Shown here: one piece after another, positions 1 to 9,876 of the stretch | How the letters are laid out: every line of letters starts with the position of its first letter | Position numbering within the stretch: the stretch's first letter is position 1 | Assembly: GCA_018268035.1 (NCBI GenBank) | Contig: JAFDXI010000043.1 | Location: 17,169 to 49,168 of the forward strand | Direction: 5' to 3' | Length of the DNA: 32,000 nucleotides | Source: Bacteroidota bacterium | GTDB lineage: Bacteria; Bacteroidota; Bacteroidia; Chitinophagales; Chitinophagaceae | Program-made: the position numbers and the translations under genes | Notes under the pieces: generated by a model | The model's input: only the letters and a program-made list of their open reading frames with translations | Told to the model about the DNA's origin: nothing | Databases searched by the model: none

Positions 1-814
1 TCCGGCTTTGAAAATGCAAACCATTTTTTGGCTAAATCTTTCAATGTGGCGCCTAAATGAAAAATTACTTTTTTGCCAATAATCAAAAAACAATCATGTC
101 TTTTTGAAAAAAATTTTTTCAAAATTTTCATTTTGTGTATTGACTTTTTGAACATCTGATACCATTTGTTGACTGATATTTTTGGTAAGCAATAACACCT
201 TTTCAGGTTTTTTCTTTTTGACTAAATGAATCAATGTGGTTTCATCCATATAATTGTCAATAAGTATAATTTCAGTTTTCGCAGAGCGGATACTTTTAGA
301 TGCTAACTCATAAGTATCAAATACCTGCCCATCAAAGAACACTCCCTGAGTAGTGATGATGTTGCCATCTAAAGCTTTAAATATTTTTTCAAGCTTTTGG
401 TTGGTTTCTAAAAATTTACTTTCAATTTTTTCCAAACTTTGTTGAATGAGTGCGTTTTCAAAAAGGATATGTCTCATTTTGACAAATGCATTAATAATTT
501 GAACGCTGGCTTGTACTTGCTGTATCACTATTTAAAACAGCAGCTAACATAGTAACATCTTATTCAGTAAATACAAATGGAATCATTCTTCTTATTGTGG
601 TCGCAGTTTGCGACTGCAAAACTGCCCATTCAGTAGCTGACAGTTTAAACATAAAAGAAACTGGAAACCTTTTGTGGTTTCGTTTTACCTGCTCATTCAC
701 TCTTTTGTTTTTTTATTTCATACTACTCTGCCAGATGAAAATCAAGCATTACCTGAATTCCCCGAACTTTAAAAATTCGATTTTCTATTTGTTTTTGTGA
801 AAGCGATCATTCAT
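1..814 (-). pseudogene. Decayed ORF6N-family (KilA-N-like DNA-binding) gene, partial at the left edge, with multiple frameshifts and in-frame stops
   Basis: Minus-strand translation follows one protein family through several frames. About 790-723 reads NRIFKVRGIQVMLDFHLAE, ending in TAG at 723-725. About 697-530 reads NEQVKRNHKRFPVSFMFKLSATEWAVLQSQTATTIRRMIPFVFTE*DVTMLAAVLN, with TAA at 560-562 where the family has FTEQG. The 144-aa ORF 94-528 follows (VQIINAFVKMR...FDGQVFDTYE...SAKTEIILIDNYMDETT). After a 1-nt frame change in the A/T run near 96-120 it reads KRHDCFLIIGKKVIFHLGATLKDLAKKWFAFSKP off the edge. The family assignment is from memory of Bacteroidota ORF6N-domain proteins. Confidence 0.65.
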
Positions 815-1454
815 TTTTCATTTTCAATTATCATTTCTAATTTGTCTTGAATCAATTTATTTAATTCATATTTCATTTTTGTTCCTGTCAGAAAGGAAAC
901 CTGCCTTTGATATAGTATTATTTCTTTTCTGGTTAGGTTGATCTTTCTCCAATATTGTAAAATATTTTTGTGTAACTGATTTATAAATTAGCCTACGCTA
1001 AAGCATTCAGGTACATTTGGTTTCGGTTAAAATCAAATATACTTATTTAAATGCGATTGATTTTCTGTCATACATATTCTTAATTCAGCAAAGTAATTTA
1101 TCTTTTTACGCTACATATAGTAAATGCTTTCATTAAGAATTGGTTTGATTTAATAAATACTTTCAGCAATTTGTTTTCCAGCATAGAAAGTTGCTTCTAA
1201 ATGTTGTGTGCAAGTTCAAAACTTTGATCAATTTGCATTGACATTTTTATTATTTCCGGCTAAATAACATGAGATAATTCTCTTATCATGGCGACGTTGT
1301 GTCAGTTTAATTATACATCAATAATCACCAAACGTAGCGGTTTAAGAAATGCATTATGGTTTTAATTTTCGTTTGATCAGCACTGTTTTCTTTCTCTGAG
1401 ACAGGCTCGAAAACCCGGTTTTTAACTTAACCAATTCCTCACATCTTTAAATCC

Positions 1455-1462
1455 TATATTTG
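1455..1462 (+). promoter_or_regulatory. Candidate Bacteroidota sigma-A -7 box (TAnnTTTG) for lspA
   Basis: TATATTTG lies 32 nt upstream of the ATG at 1494 and matches the published Bacteroides -7 consensus TAnnTTTG. This is a motif match only. Confidence 0.35.
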
Positions 1463-1493
1463 CGGCGCTCAATTTTTCCAAATAAAGATTTCA

Positions 1494-2186
1494 ATGAAAG
1501 GTAGAAACGTCGCACTGTTAATCATCCTGATACTAATTGCCGACCAGGCCCTCAAGTTTTATATCAAATTAAATTACACGCTTGGCGAGGAACATAATAT
1601 TTTCGGTTCCTGGTTCCGCCTGCATTTTGTGGAAAATGAAGGCATGGCATGGGGCTTAAAATTCGGCGGCGGTTTTGGTAAGATAGTCCTTACTCTGTTC
1701 AGGTTAGTTGCAGTCATCCTTGGTACATTTTATTTAAGGATGATTATCAAAAAGAATTACCATAAAGGATTTATTATTTGTGCAGCTTTAATTTATGCAG
1801 GCGCTTTTGGCAACCTGATTGACAGTATGTTTTATGGTTTAATTTTTTCCGATAGCAACCCTTTTGCTATTGCAACTTTATTCCCGGCTGGTGGTGGTTA
1901 TGCATCTTTCTTCCATGGCAAAGTTGTAGATATGCTCTATTTTCCATTGGTTCATACGCAATACCCATCATGGTTTCCAATCCCTTCGTGGAGAGGTGAA
2001 GACTTTGATTTTTTTGCCCCGGTGTTTAATCTGGCCGATTCATCAATTTCAGTTGGTGTGATTGCATTGTTGATCTGGCAGAAAAAATTTTTCCCCGCAA
2101 AACACAATACCAATCCATCCATAAATAACCCTTCAACAACTGAAGTTGAATCATCAGAAATGCAAGATGAAATGAGGCCAATGTGA
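1494..2186 (+). CDS. lspA: Lipoprotein signal peptidase (signal peptidase II)
   Basis: 230 aa with four hydrophobic segments. LspA-like motifs are present: LIADQALKFYI, FRLHFVENEGMAWG, GAFGNLIDSMFYG, VVDMLYF and FNLADSSISVG. The long C-terminal tail is typical of Bacteroidota versions. Confidence 0.9.
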   Translation: MKGRNVALLIILILIADQALKFYIKLNYTLGEEHNIFGSWFRLHFVENEGMAWGLKFGGGFGKIVLTLFRLVAVILGTFYLRMIIKKNYHKGFIICAALIYAGAFGNLIDSMFYGLIFSDSNPFAIATLFPAGGGYASFFHGKVVDMLYFPLVHTQYPSWFPIPSWRGEDFDFFAPVFNLADSSISVGVIALLIWQKKFFPAKHNTNPSINNPSTTEVESSEMQDEMRPM

Positions 2187-2268
2187 GTAGCCGGAAATTA
2201 TTCTTCAAAAAAAATGAAGACAGGATTTATATCTGATTAATTCTCTCAAATAAATATTACCTGTTTGA

Positions 2269-3180
2269 TTATTCAGTAACAGTTGCGGTATATGATCCGT
2301 TTATAACATTGACATTCGGGTCATCATTTGCATCGCCTGCAGTTCCCAAAAAAGTTCCGGAAATAATATGGGTTATTGGATCATACGTATTAATAGTGAG
2401 TGTAATGATTGTAGCCGCTGTATCATTGGGCAAAGCCTGGTAAACAGGTGTGCCAATACCTGTGCTTAAATCGTAATGAACCAAAGCAAAGAAGCCCGAA
2501 TTGGATGGGGGAAGGTCAGTAGTATTGTATGCTCCGGTTTGTATAGAACCTGTAGGTAAATAAAAATGAAGTTCAAGCACAGTATCATTAGAAGGCGTCT
2601 TGAGGCCTTGAAGTGTGAGCATCTTTCCACCGGTACCCCAGATTGCTGAGTCTGATTCAATAAATGCCGTATCAACACTACCAGAGAAAGTTCCATCATC
2701 TGTGGTAAACTGCCAATTACCTGATGTGACTGTAGAGTCATGGCCGCCTAAACCAGTGCCTGTGCTGTCTTGTACATTCACTGTGAAAGAACAATATGTA
2801 CTATCGTAGCTGATATTAAAAGTAAAAGTACCAGGGATGATAGGTGTGCCTATCGGTTTTAAATGAACAATATTCAATCCTGTATTGCTGAAAAATCCAG
2901 AGTCATAATATTGATAGCCGTCTTGCAAATCACTCTCGATTTTATATGAACCGGTGGAGGAAACATTCACCTGAATTTCAACATAAGCTGTATCCTGACC
3001 CGGAGTAATGCCGCCATACACAGTGCCATAAATTGAATAAGGTAAACAACTGCCTGTACTGTCCCACAAACTTCCTTCAGCCTGAAGTGTCTCTGTATGT
3101 TCCTCACTCAGTTCTTTTGTGCAGGAGAAAAAAAAAGTAATACAGCATGCAAAAAATATATAAAAAACAATCTTGTTCAT
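2269..3180 (-). CDS. Hypothetical lipoprotein
   Basis: 303 aa. The N-terminus MNKIVFYIFFACCITFFFSC looks like a lipoprotein signal with a lipobox Cys. The rest is Gly/Thr/Ser-rich and looks beta-rich. I recognise no family. Confidence 0.6.
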   Translation of the reverse strand: MNKIVFYIFFACCITFFFSCTKELSEEHTETLQAEGSLWDSTGSCLPYSIYGTVYGGITPGQDTAYVEIQVNVSSTGSYKIESDLQDGYQYYDSGFFSNTGLNIVHLKPIGTPIIPGTFTFNISYDSTYCSFTVNVQDSTGTGLGGHDSTVTSGNWQFTTDDGTFSGSVDTAFIESDSAIWGTGGKMLTLQGLKTPSNDTVLELHFYLPTGSIQTGAYNTTDLPPSNSGFFALVHYDLSTGIGTPVYQALPNDTAATIITLTINTYDPITHIISGTFLGTAGDANDDPNVNVINGSYTATVTE

Positions 3181-3246
3181 GGTAATGCACTTAGTCAGCT
3201 CTAATAACGTCAGGCTGCTGCATAAATTGTTTTAATGAGAGAAGCA

Positions 3247-4671
3247 TCAGGCTTTTATTTCACCTACCATGTTTTTAGGAACCACCCATGCATCAAATTG
3301 TTCTGCAGTGATATGCTTAAAATCAAGCCCTTTCAATTCATATTCCAGCGCTGCCTGTTTTAATGTGATTCCCCGTTTGTGTGCATCCTGTGCAATGGCT
3401 GCTGCATTATAATACCCAATTTTTGTATTCAATGCAGTTACCAGCATCAAACTGTTATCAACGTGTTTTTTAATATTTTCTTCAATAGGTTTCATACCCA
3501 CTGCACATTTATCGTTGAAGGAAATACAACCTTCACCAATCAGCCTGGCGCTATGTAAAAAATTAAAAATCATTACAGGTTTAAATACATTCAGCTCAAA
3601 ATGACCGGTAGCGCCTCCAATATTTATAGCCACATCATTCCCTAACACCTGTGCTGCAATCATCGTTAATGCTTCACATTGAGTAGGGTTTACTTTTCCC
3701 GGCATGATGGATGATCCGGGCTCATTGTCAGGTATATAAATTTCGCCAATGCCGGCACGTGGCCCTGATGATAACATGCGAATATCATTCGCTATTTTCA
3801 TCAGACTAACTGCTGCTGTTTTTAAAGCGCCATGTGCTTCCACGATGGCATCATGTGCAGCAAGGCTTTCAAATTTATTTTCTGCTGTGATGAAAGGCAA
3901 CCCTGTTAGCGCTGCAATTTTTTTTGCAACCAGTTCTGCATATCCTTTTGGTGTGTTGATACCGGTGCCCACTGCTGTTCCGCCTAATGCCAGTTCACTC
4001 AGATGAGATAAAGAATTTTTTATCGCCTTCAAGGCATGGTCTAATTGTGATGCATACCCGCTGAATTCCTGCCCTACAGTCAATGGTGTTGCATCCATAA
4101 AATGGGTGCGGCCTATTTTCACCACATGCATAAATTCTTTGCTTTTTGCCTTTAAAGTATCTCTTAATTTTTCTATACCCGGAATAGTTGTTTCTGCCAA
4201 CATTTTATATGCAGCAATATGCATAGCTGTCGGGAAAGTGTCATTGGATGATTGTGATTTGTTGACATCATCATTCGGATGCAAAAATTTTTCTTTATCG
4301 GTCAATGCACCGCCATTTAAAACATGCGCACGATAAGCCACCACTTCGTTCACATTCATGTTGCTTTGTGTGCCGCTGCCTGTTTGCCACACAACCAACG
4401 GGAACTGATCATCTAATTTACCTTGGAGAATTTCATCACATACAGCTCCTATCGCCTTGCATTTATTATCGGGCAAAACATTTAATTCGTTATTGGCAAG
4501 CGCCGCGGCTTTTTTCAAATAGGCGAATGCATAAATAATGGGCTTTGGCATTTTATTGATATCCTGTGCAATCTTAAAATTTTCAATACTGCGTTGCGTT
4601 TGTGCGCCCCAGTAAACATTGGCAGGAACTTTTACTTCGCCTAATGTGTCTTTTTCTATACGGTAATCCAT
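3247..4671 (-). CDS. fumC: Class II fumarate hydratase
   Basis: 474 aa. The N-terminus reads [31 protein letters not shown]. The signature [19 protein letters not shown] is the FumC form; AspA has a different tail after KVNP. Confidence 0.95.
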   Translation of the reverse strand: MDYRIEKDTLGEVKVPANVYWGAQTQRSIENFKIAQDINKMPKPIIYAFAYLKKAAALANNELNVLPDNKCKAIGAVCDEILQGKLDDQFPLVVWQTGSGTQSNMNVNEVVAYRAHVLNGGALTDKEKFLHPNDDVNKSQSSNDTFPTAMHIAAYKMLAETTIPGIEKLRDTLKAKSKEFMHVVKIGRTHFMDATPLTVGQEFSGYASQLDHALKAIKNSLSHLSELALGGTAVGTGINTPKGYAELVAKKIAALTGLPFITAENKFESLAAHDAIVEAHGALKTAAVSLMKIANDIRMLSSGPRAGIGEIYIPDNEPGSSIMPGKVNPTQCEALTMIAAQVLGNDVAINIGGATGHFELNVFKPVMIFNFLHSARLIGEGCISFNDKCAVGMKPIEENIKKHVDNSLMLVTALNTKIGYYNAAAIAQDAHKRGITLKQAALEYELKGLDFKHITAEQFDAWVVPKNMVGEIKA

Positions 4672-4784
4672 ATACTTTTATTAAGGCTGCAAATGTAATA
4701 TTGAATGCTGAATAATAACAGGTAAGAAATGTTTAGCAACCATATAACATAATAACCGTCATACTTTTGAACGAATAATTCAAT

Positions 4785-6113
4785 ATGATGAAAATTAGAT
4801 TTATTATAAGTTTTGTTGCAATGGTCATGGGTTGCAGCGCATTTTCGCAGGTGATGGATACGGTTAAGCTGAATGGTTATTTCGAATCGCTGGCAGTGCA
4901 CAATAAATTCATGGGCAGTGTGGCTGTAACGCAAAATGGAAATATAGTTTATACAAAAACAATTGGTTTTGCTGATATTGCCACCGGCAAAAAAGCGGAT
5001 GTTGATACAAAATACAGGATTGGTTCCATCTCAAAAACATTTACAACGGTATTGGTTTTTAAGGCCATTGAAGCTAATAAATTAACGCTGGATGAAACCA
5101 TACAACAATACTTCCCCACTATAAAAAATGCGGATAAAATAACTATTTCAGAACTGCTGTACCACAGAAGTGGCATACACAATTTTACCAACGATTCTTC
5201 TTACACGCAATGGAATACACAGCCTAAAACTGAAAAAGAACTGGTTAATATTATTGCAAAAGGCGGCAGCGATTTTGAGCCTGGCAGTAAATCAGACTAC
5301 AGCAACTCTAATTTTATTTTATTAACCATTATGCTGGAAAAAGTATTTAATAAACCGTATGCTGAATTAATAAAACAATACATCACACAACCTATAGGTT
5401 TAACCCAAACTTTTTTCGGAAAGAAGATAAATGTGCATGATGATCAAGCAAATTCTTACACTTTTTCTAAAGGATGGCAACTATCTCCTGAAACTGATAT
5501 GTCAATACCGTTAGGTGCAGGCGGCATTGTTTCAACACCTTCTGATTTGGTGAAATTCAGCGATGCATTGTTTAGCCGCAAGCTGGTAAATGAAACAAGC
5601 CTTCAGCAAATGGAAACTTTAATCAGTAATTACGGTGCAGGTCTTTTCCCTATTCCGTTCTACGATAAAAAAGGTTTCGGCCATACAGGCGGTATTGATG
5701 GATTTAGTTCTGTGTTCATGCATTTTAATGATGGCAATATTTCTTATGCGCTCACATCAAACGGTGCCAACTATAACACGAATAATATTTCTATTGCAGT
5801 GTTAAGCGCTGTATATAACATGCCATTTAATATTCCCGATTTTAAAACTTTTAATATAACCACGGAAGCGTTAAATCAATATCTTGGTTCCTACACATCA
5901 ACTCAAATACCATTGCAGTTAACCATCACAAAAAAAGAAAACACGTTAATGGCACAATTAACCAACCAACCAGCTTTTCCACTGGAAGCTGTTGAAAAAG
6001 ATAAATTTTCTTTTGAAGTGGTTGGTGTTGTTTTGGAATTTAATACAACCAATAAAACAGTTGTGCTAAAGCAAGCCGGCAAGGAAGTTTTGTTTACGAA
6101 AAAGCCCGAATAG
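4785..6113 (+). CDS. Secreted serine hydrolase, class C beta-lactamase / DD-peptidase family
   Basis: 442 aa with a signal peptide. It has the S-x-x-K motif (GSISKTFT), the Y-x-N motif (DYSNSNF) and an HTG triad equivalent (GFGHTGG). An extra C-terminal domain of about 90 aa follows. Confidence 0.85.
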   Translation: MMKIRFIISFVAMVMGCSAFSQVMDTVKLNGYFESLAVHNKFMGSVAVTQNGNIVYTKTIGFADIATGKKADVDTKYRIGSISKTFTTVLVFKAIEANKLTLDETIQQYFPTIKNADKITISELLYHRSGIHNFTNDSSYTQWNTQPKTEKELVNIIAKGGSDFEPGSKSDYSNSNFILLTIMLEKVFNKPYAELIKQYITQPIGLTQTFFGKKINVHDDQANSYTFSKGWQLSPETDMSIPLGAGGIVSTPSDLVKFSDALFSRKLVNETSLQQMETLISNYGAGLFPIPFYDKKGFGHTGGIDGFSSVFMHFNDGNISYALTSNGANYNTNNISIAVLSAVYNMPFNIPDFKTFNITTEALNQYLGSYTSTQIPLQLTITKKENTLMAQLTNQPAFPLEAVEKDKFSFEVVGVVLEFNTTNKTVVLKQAGKEVLFTKKPE

Positions 6114-6361
6114 CTTAAGTACTCATCGGGACAAATAAAAAAATTTGAGCGAGATAAATCTCTCGAAATAATAACAACTTTAAATTCATGAGATGTCTGG
6201 TTACCTCGACATGACAATCTCCTAAAAACTTACAGATTAATTTTCGGCTAAGAGTTTTAATACACAACAGGTTAAAGCTTACCTTTTTTAATTGCTTCTT
6301 ACTGATGAAAATTTTGCATTAACCTAAACAATTTTCATAAATTGCTTACTCTGTTAACCGA

Positions 6362-7900
6362 ATGTTTATGAGAAAACTTTATACCCTGCTATTATTTTAC
6401 CTCACTTATTCAGCAGATGCGCAGGAACAGTTTAATCCTTGTTCTAATTTTTGCGCTGTTGATTTGAGTACACCACAAACAACTTATTTAACCGATGAGC
6501 TAACTTATTTCAAGCCCGGTACGAATGTTTATTGCAACAGTGCAACTATTGATGATTTTGATGTACAATATAAAGAGAATTCATGTGGAACTAATCAAGA
6601 TTTATGTTCTGATAGCTTGTGTGCTTTAAAAATCCATGTTTATTATCCGGCAGGCATAGATGTTAATTGCAAGTTACATGCAGTAATATTATTTCATGGT
6701 GGTGCATATAATGAGTGCGGTAATTATAATGATGCAGGCATTATTGCAATAAGTAAAGATTTAGCAATTAGAGGGTATGCAGTGTTCAATGTAAATTATA
6801 GATTGGGAGTTATTCCAGACCCAAGACTTGTACAGAATATAATCGATAACAATCCTGTTTTAAAATATGTTTCTGCACAACAAATGTTGGCAATTTATCG
6901 TGCACTTCAGGATGCAAGAGGTGCAATAAGAAGCATTATTGCAATGCAATTGGATGGGACTTTTTTGCATAATGGCAAATATCAAATTGATCCGAATAAC
7001 GTATTTCTTGGGGGAGTTAGTGCCGGCAGTTTAATAGCTTTAAGTGCAGCTTATTTTGGGCCTGGAGCAACCGGGCAGGGTTTAATTGATATGATGTTTC
7101 CAAATGTAAGCATTGTATTCGGCGGAACTACAGGACTTGGACCGATAGACCCAAAAGGTGTTTACTATATAGACCCTCCACATATTGCATCGAATGATTA
7201 CTTCAATAGAATAAAGGGAATATTAAATTGCTGGGGAGCTCTTTTTATTCCTAATTCTTATCTTTCTCATCCTTATGATTTTTTCTCTGGTCAGGGATAT
7301 TCTCTTCCGCCAATTATTTCGTTTTGTGGCAAGAATGATACTGTGTTTAATTATAATTCTCAAGGAGTATATTTTTCTCCTAAAAAACTCTATAAAAAAA
7401 TTGCTCTTAATACTGAACTACGATGTTTGCCAAATAGTCCCTATACTGTTCCTGCTGATAATAATTTACTCCATCCGATCAAATATGAAACATGTATTGG
7501 CTCACAAACTATCTATTTCATGCTTAAAACTCCAGGTACAGGAATAACACCTATACCTACAGAGTTTTATTTAGATTGCGACATGTATCATGGTCTTGAT
7601 ACAGACGATCCTTTATGTCACACTTGCACAGCTGACCCCAGTAATTTATTTGTAAAGCCAGATGGAATGGGAGGTTGTAAACTATGTGGCTATCAAAGTA
7701 ATTTTGGAACACAAAACAATACTGCCGCAGGTACGTATGATTATATAGCTGCACGTGCGACTACCTTCTTTCAAACAATACTTGGTGGCGCTACTTCAAA
7801 TATATCTGCATCAAGATTTGTAGAATGCGAGAATAAAAGAGTTACATGTACAGGCACAACAAATTCAGGTTGTAGTAATGATACACAATGCCCAAATTAG
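6362..7900 (+). CDS. Secreted Cys-rich alpha/beta hydrolase (esterase-like)
   Basis: 512 aa with a signal peptide ending SADAQ. It has an HGG oxyanion-type motif (ILFHGGAY) and a G-x-S-x-G nucleophile elbow (GGVSAGS). More than 20 Cys are present, clustered at both ends, with the tail reading VECENKRVTCTGTTNSGCSNDTQCPN. Confidence 0.65.
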   Translation: MFMRKLYTLLLFYLTYSADAQEQFNPCSNFCAVDLSTPQTTYLTDELTYFKPGTNVYCNSATIDDFDVQYKENSCGTNQDLCSDSLCALKIHVYYPAGIDVNCKLHAVILFHGGAYNECGNYNDAGIIAISKDLAIRGYAVFNVNYRLGVIPDPRLVQNIIDNNPVLKYVSAQQMLAIYRALQDARGAIRSIIAMQLDGTFLHNGKYQIDPNNVFLGGVSAGSLIALSAAYFGPGATGQGLIDMMFPNVSIVFGGTTGLGPIDPKGVYYIDPPHIASNDYFNRIKGILNCWGALFIPNSYLSHPYDFFSGQGYSLPPIISFCGKNDTVFNYNSQGVYFSPKKLYKKIALNTELRCLPNSPYTVPADNNLLHPIKYETCIGSQTIYFMLKTPGTGITPIPTEFYLDCDMYHGLDTDDPLCHTCTADPSNLFVKPDGMGGCKLCGYQSNFGTQNNTAAGTYDYIAARATTFFQTILGGATSNISASRFVECENKRVTCTGTTNSGCSNDTQCPN

Positions 7901-7925
7901 TCTATAACATTAATAAATTCATTTT

Positions 7926-9701
7926 ATGAAAACATTTTTTACTCTACTAAGTTTTTTATTTTTTTCAGTTATATACGCGCAAACACAAAATAAAGCCGGA
8001 ACACTTGACAGCAGTTTTGGTACAGTTGGAAAAGTGCTTACATCTTCCCCAACCGGCTATTTAGTTTGTGAAGCAGCAGCTTCACAAAGTGACGGTTCAA
8101 TTATTACTGCGGGAGGAGTGAGTTTTGTAAATTCTAATTCTGATGATTTTTTTGCAATTAAGTACTCTTCTAACGGCGTACTCGATAGCAGTTTCGGAAA
8201 GAAGGGATTAGCTGTAATAAAGGGATTAGGTGAGGCTCAAACAGCAAAAATTCAGCCAGATGATAAAATTATCATTGCAGGTTATGTTGCAGATCTTTTC
8301 GGAACTTATTATGCAATAACTCTTGGAAGGCTGAATGCTAATGGCAGTATAGATTCAACTTTTGGAACAAACGGCACAATAATAACCGATGCAGGAAAAA
8401 ACTGCCATGAGATAGCTATACAGCAAGACGGGAAAATTTTGGTTACCGGAGAAACAGGAATTGCTTTTCTTACACTGCGCTACTTACCTGATGGAAATTT
8501 AGATAATAGCTTTGGTAATAATGGTAGCGTAACCACAATATTTGATGGAGGTACTCCTAAAACCGCAAATGCTAATACCATTCAGCCGGATGGTAAAATT
8601 ATAGTTGCAGGTGGAGATAACCATAAAATTATGCTGGCACGATATAATGGTGATGGCAGTTTGGATGAAACTTTTGGAAATAATGGAGAGGTTATTTCCG
8701 ATATTACCAATATTAATCCACTGAATAAAGTGTATGATATGGTATTACAGCCAGATGGCAAATTATTATTAACAGGCACAACAGTGGATGCGTTTGGTAT
8801 GACTAACAGTACAATTATTTTGCGTTACATGCCAGATGGAAGCTTTGATACATCTTTTGGTAATAAAGGTATTGTGGTTAGATCTTTACAATACAGTTCA
8901 GACGCATTTGGCATTGCATTGCAAAAAGATAGTAAAATAATTATTGGCGGAGATTATATTTCAGATGGAATTAATCCACATTTTTTAGCAGAAAGATATA
9001 ATGCGGATGGAAGCATTGATGCTTCTTTTGGGAATGGTGGTTATCAGGTTACAGCAATGGATCAATCAGATGAGGCAACTGGTTTAATTATACAGAATGA
9101 TGGTAAAATAGTTTTAGCAGGTTTTGCTTTAAGCACACAAGCCGGGCCGTCCGGATATGAAGTTGCACTTACACGTTATAACAACGATACTGAAAACAAA
9201 AAACAAATCATCATCACTAAAATCCGTCGCTGGTTACAACATCACAATGGCATTGAATGGGATTATAATAGTAATATAAGCAGCTATGTAGTACAGCACA
9301 GTTATGATGGTATTCATTTCAGCTCTGTTGCAAGAATAAATGCAAACAATAATGCTAATTATACTTATCAAGATCCTTCACTATTAAACAATACAAATTA
9401 TTATCGCCTGCAAACAACAAGTGTAAATGGTACAGTTAATTATTCAAATGTGTTAGTTGTTACAAATAATGAAATAAAAATAGCTCCCAATCCTGCAACA
9501 AACAGTTTGCATATACGTGACTTATCATCAACACAAAAATCTAAAATTACTGTTGTTGATATTGCAGGTAATATAAAATTGCAGACAGTTGCAAATGCAT
9601 CTTCTTTCAATTTAAACATTGCTTCTCTTAAACCTGGTAATTATCTATTAAAGATTGAAATGAATAATGAAGTTGTTACAAAGCAGTTTGTGAAAGAATA
9701 A
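7926..9701 (+). CDS. Delta-60 repeat protein with a T9SS type A C-terminal sorting domain
   Basis: 591 aa with a signal peptide. Seven repeats of about 55 aa each start with (L/I/F)D-x-(S/T)FG-x-x-G: LDSSFGTVGKV, LDSSFGKKGLA, IDSTFGTNGTI, LDNSFGNNGSV, LDETFGNNGEV, FDTSFGNKGIV and IDASFGNGGYQ. Each repeat also contains a QxDGKI(I/L/V) motif followed by AG or TG (e.g. QPDGKIIVAGG, QQDGKILVTGE). The C-terminus IAPNPATNSLHI...ITVVDIAGNI...LKPGNYLLKI is a Por secretion tail. Confidence 0.8.
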   Translation: MKTFFTLLSFLFFSVIYAQTQNKAGTLDSSFGTVGKVLTSSPTGYLVCEAAASQSDGSIITAGGVSFVNSNSDDFFAIKYSSNGVLDSSFGKKGLAVIKGLGEAQTAKIQPDDKIIIAGYVADLFGTYYAITLGRLNANGSIDSTFGTNGTIITDAGKNCHEIAIQQDGKILVTGETGIAFLTLRYLPDGNLDNSFGNNGSVTTIFDGGTPKTANANTIQPDGKIIVAGGDNHKIMLARYNGDGSLDETFGNNGEVISDITNINPLNKVYDMVLQPDGKLLLTGTTVDAFGMTNSTIILRYMPDGSFDTSFGNKGIVVRSLQYSSDAFGIALQKDSKIIIGGDYISDGINPHFLAERYNADGSIDASFGNGGYQVTAMDQSDEATGLIIQNDGKIVLAGFALSTQAGPSGYEVALTRYNNDTENKKQIIITKIRRWLQHHNGIEWDYNSNISSYVVQHSYDGIHFSSVARINANNNANYTYQDPSLLNNTNYYRLQTTSVNGTVNYSNVLVVTNNEIKIAPNPATNSLHIRDLSSTQKSKITVVDIAGNIKLQTVANASSFNLNIASLKPGNYLLKIEMNNEVVTKQFVKE

Positions 9702-9726
9702 CGTTTCATGGTTGAGCAGTATTTTT

Positions 9727-9772
9727 AAAGTGGTCACAACTTTTTAAGAATTATGGCCGCTTTATTTATTTT
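9727..9772 (+). terminator. Candidate rho-independent terminator
   Basis: AAAGTGGTCA (9727-9736) pairs with TGGCCGCTTT (9754-9763), giving a 10-bp stem with 2 G-U pairs. It is followed by the T-rich run ATTTATTTT. Confidence 0.4.
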
Positions 9773-9876
9773 ACCGACAAAAAACTTTCATTTGGAGATG
9801 CTAACATAATTATTCACCGATTATTTGTTTGCATCATATTCAACCACCAGTTACATTTGGCACTCAATTTATTTCA

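Noticed and set aside
597-800. 67-aa plus-strand ORF from the track
   Set aside because: It lies antisense to the clearly recognisable, though decayed, ORF6N-domain coding remnant. Its composition is low-complexity and hydrophobic, and I recognise no homology.
9829-9876. N-terminal extensions from TTG starts in the ORF track (ABC ATPase 9829, TIM barrel 28069, ferritin 30686)
   Set aside because: In each case an ATG a few codons downstream gives a protein that begins where homologues do, or yields a clean Tat signal. The extensions add implausible residues.
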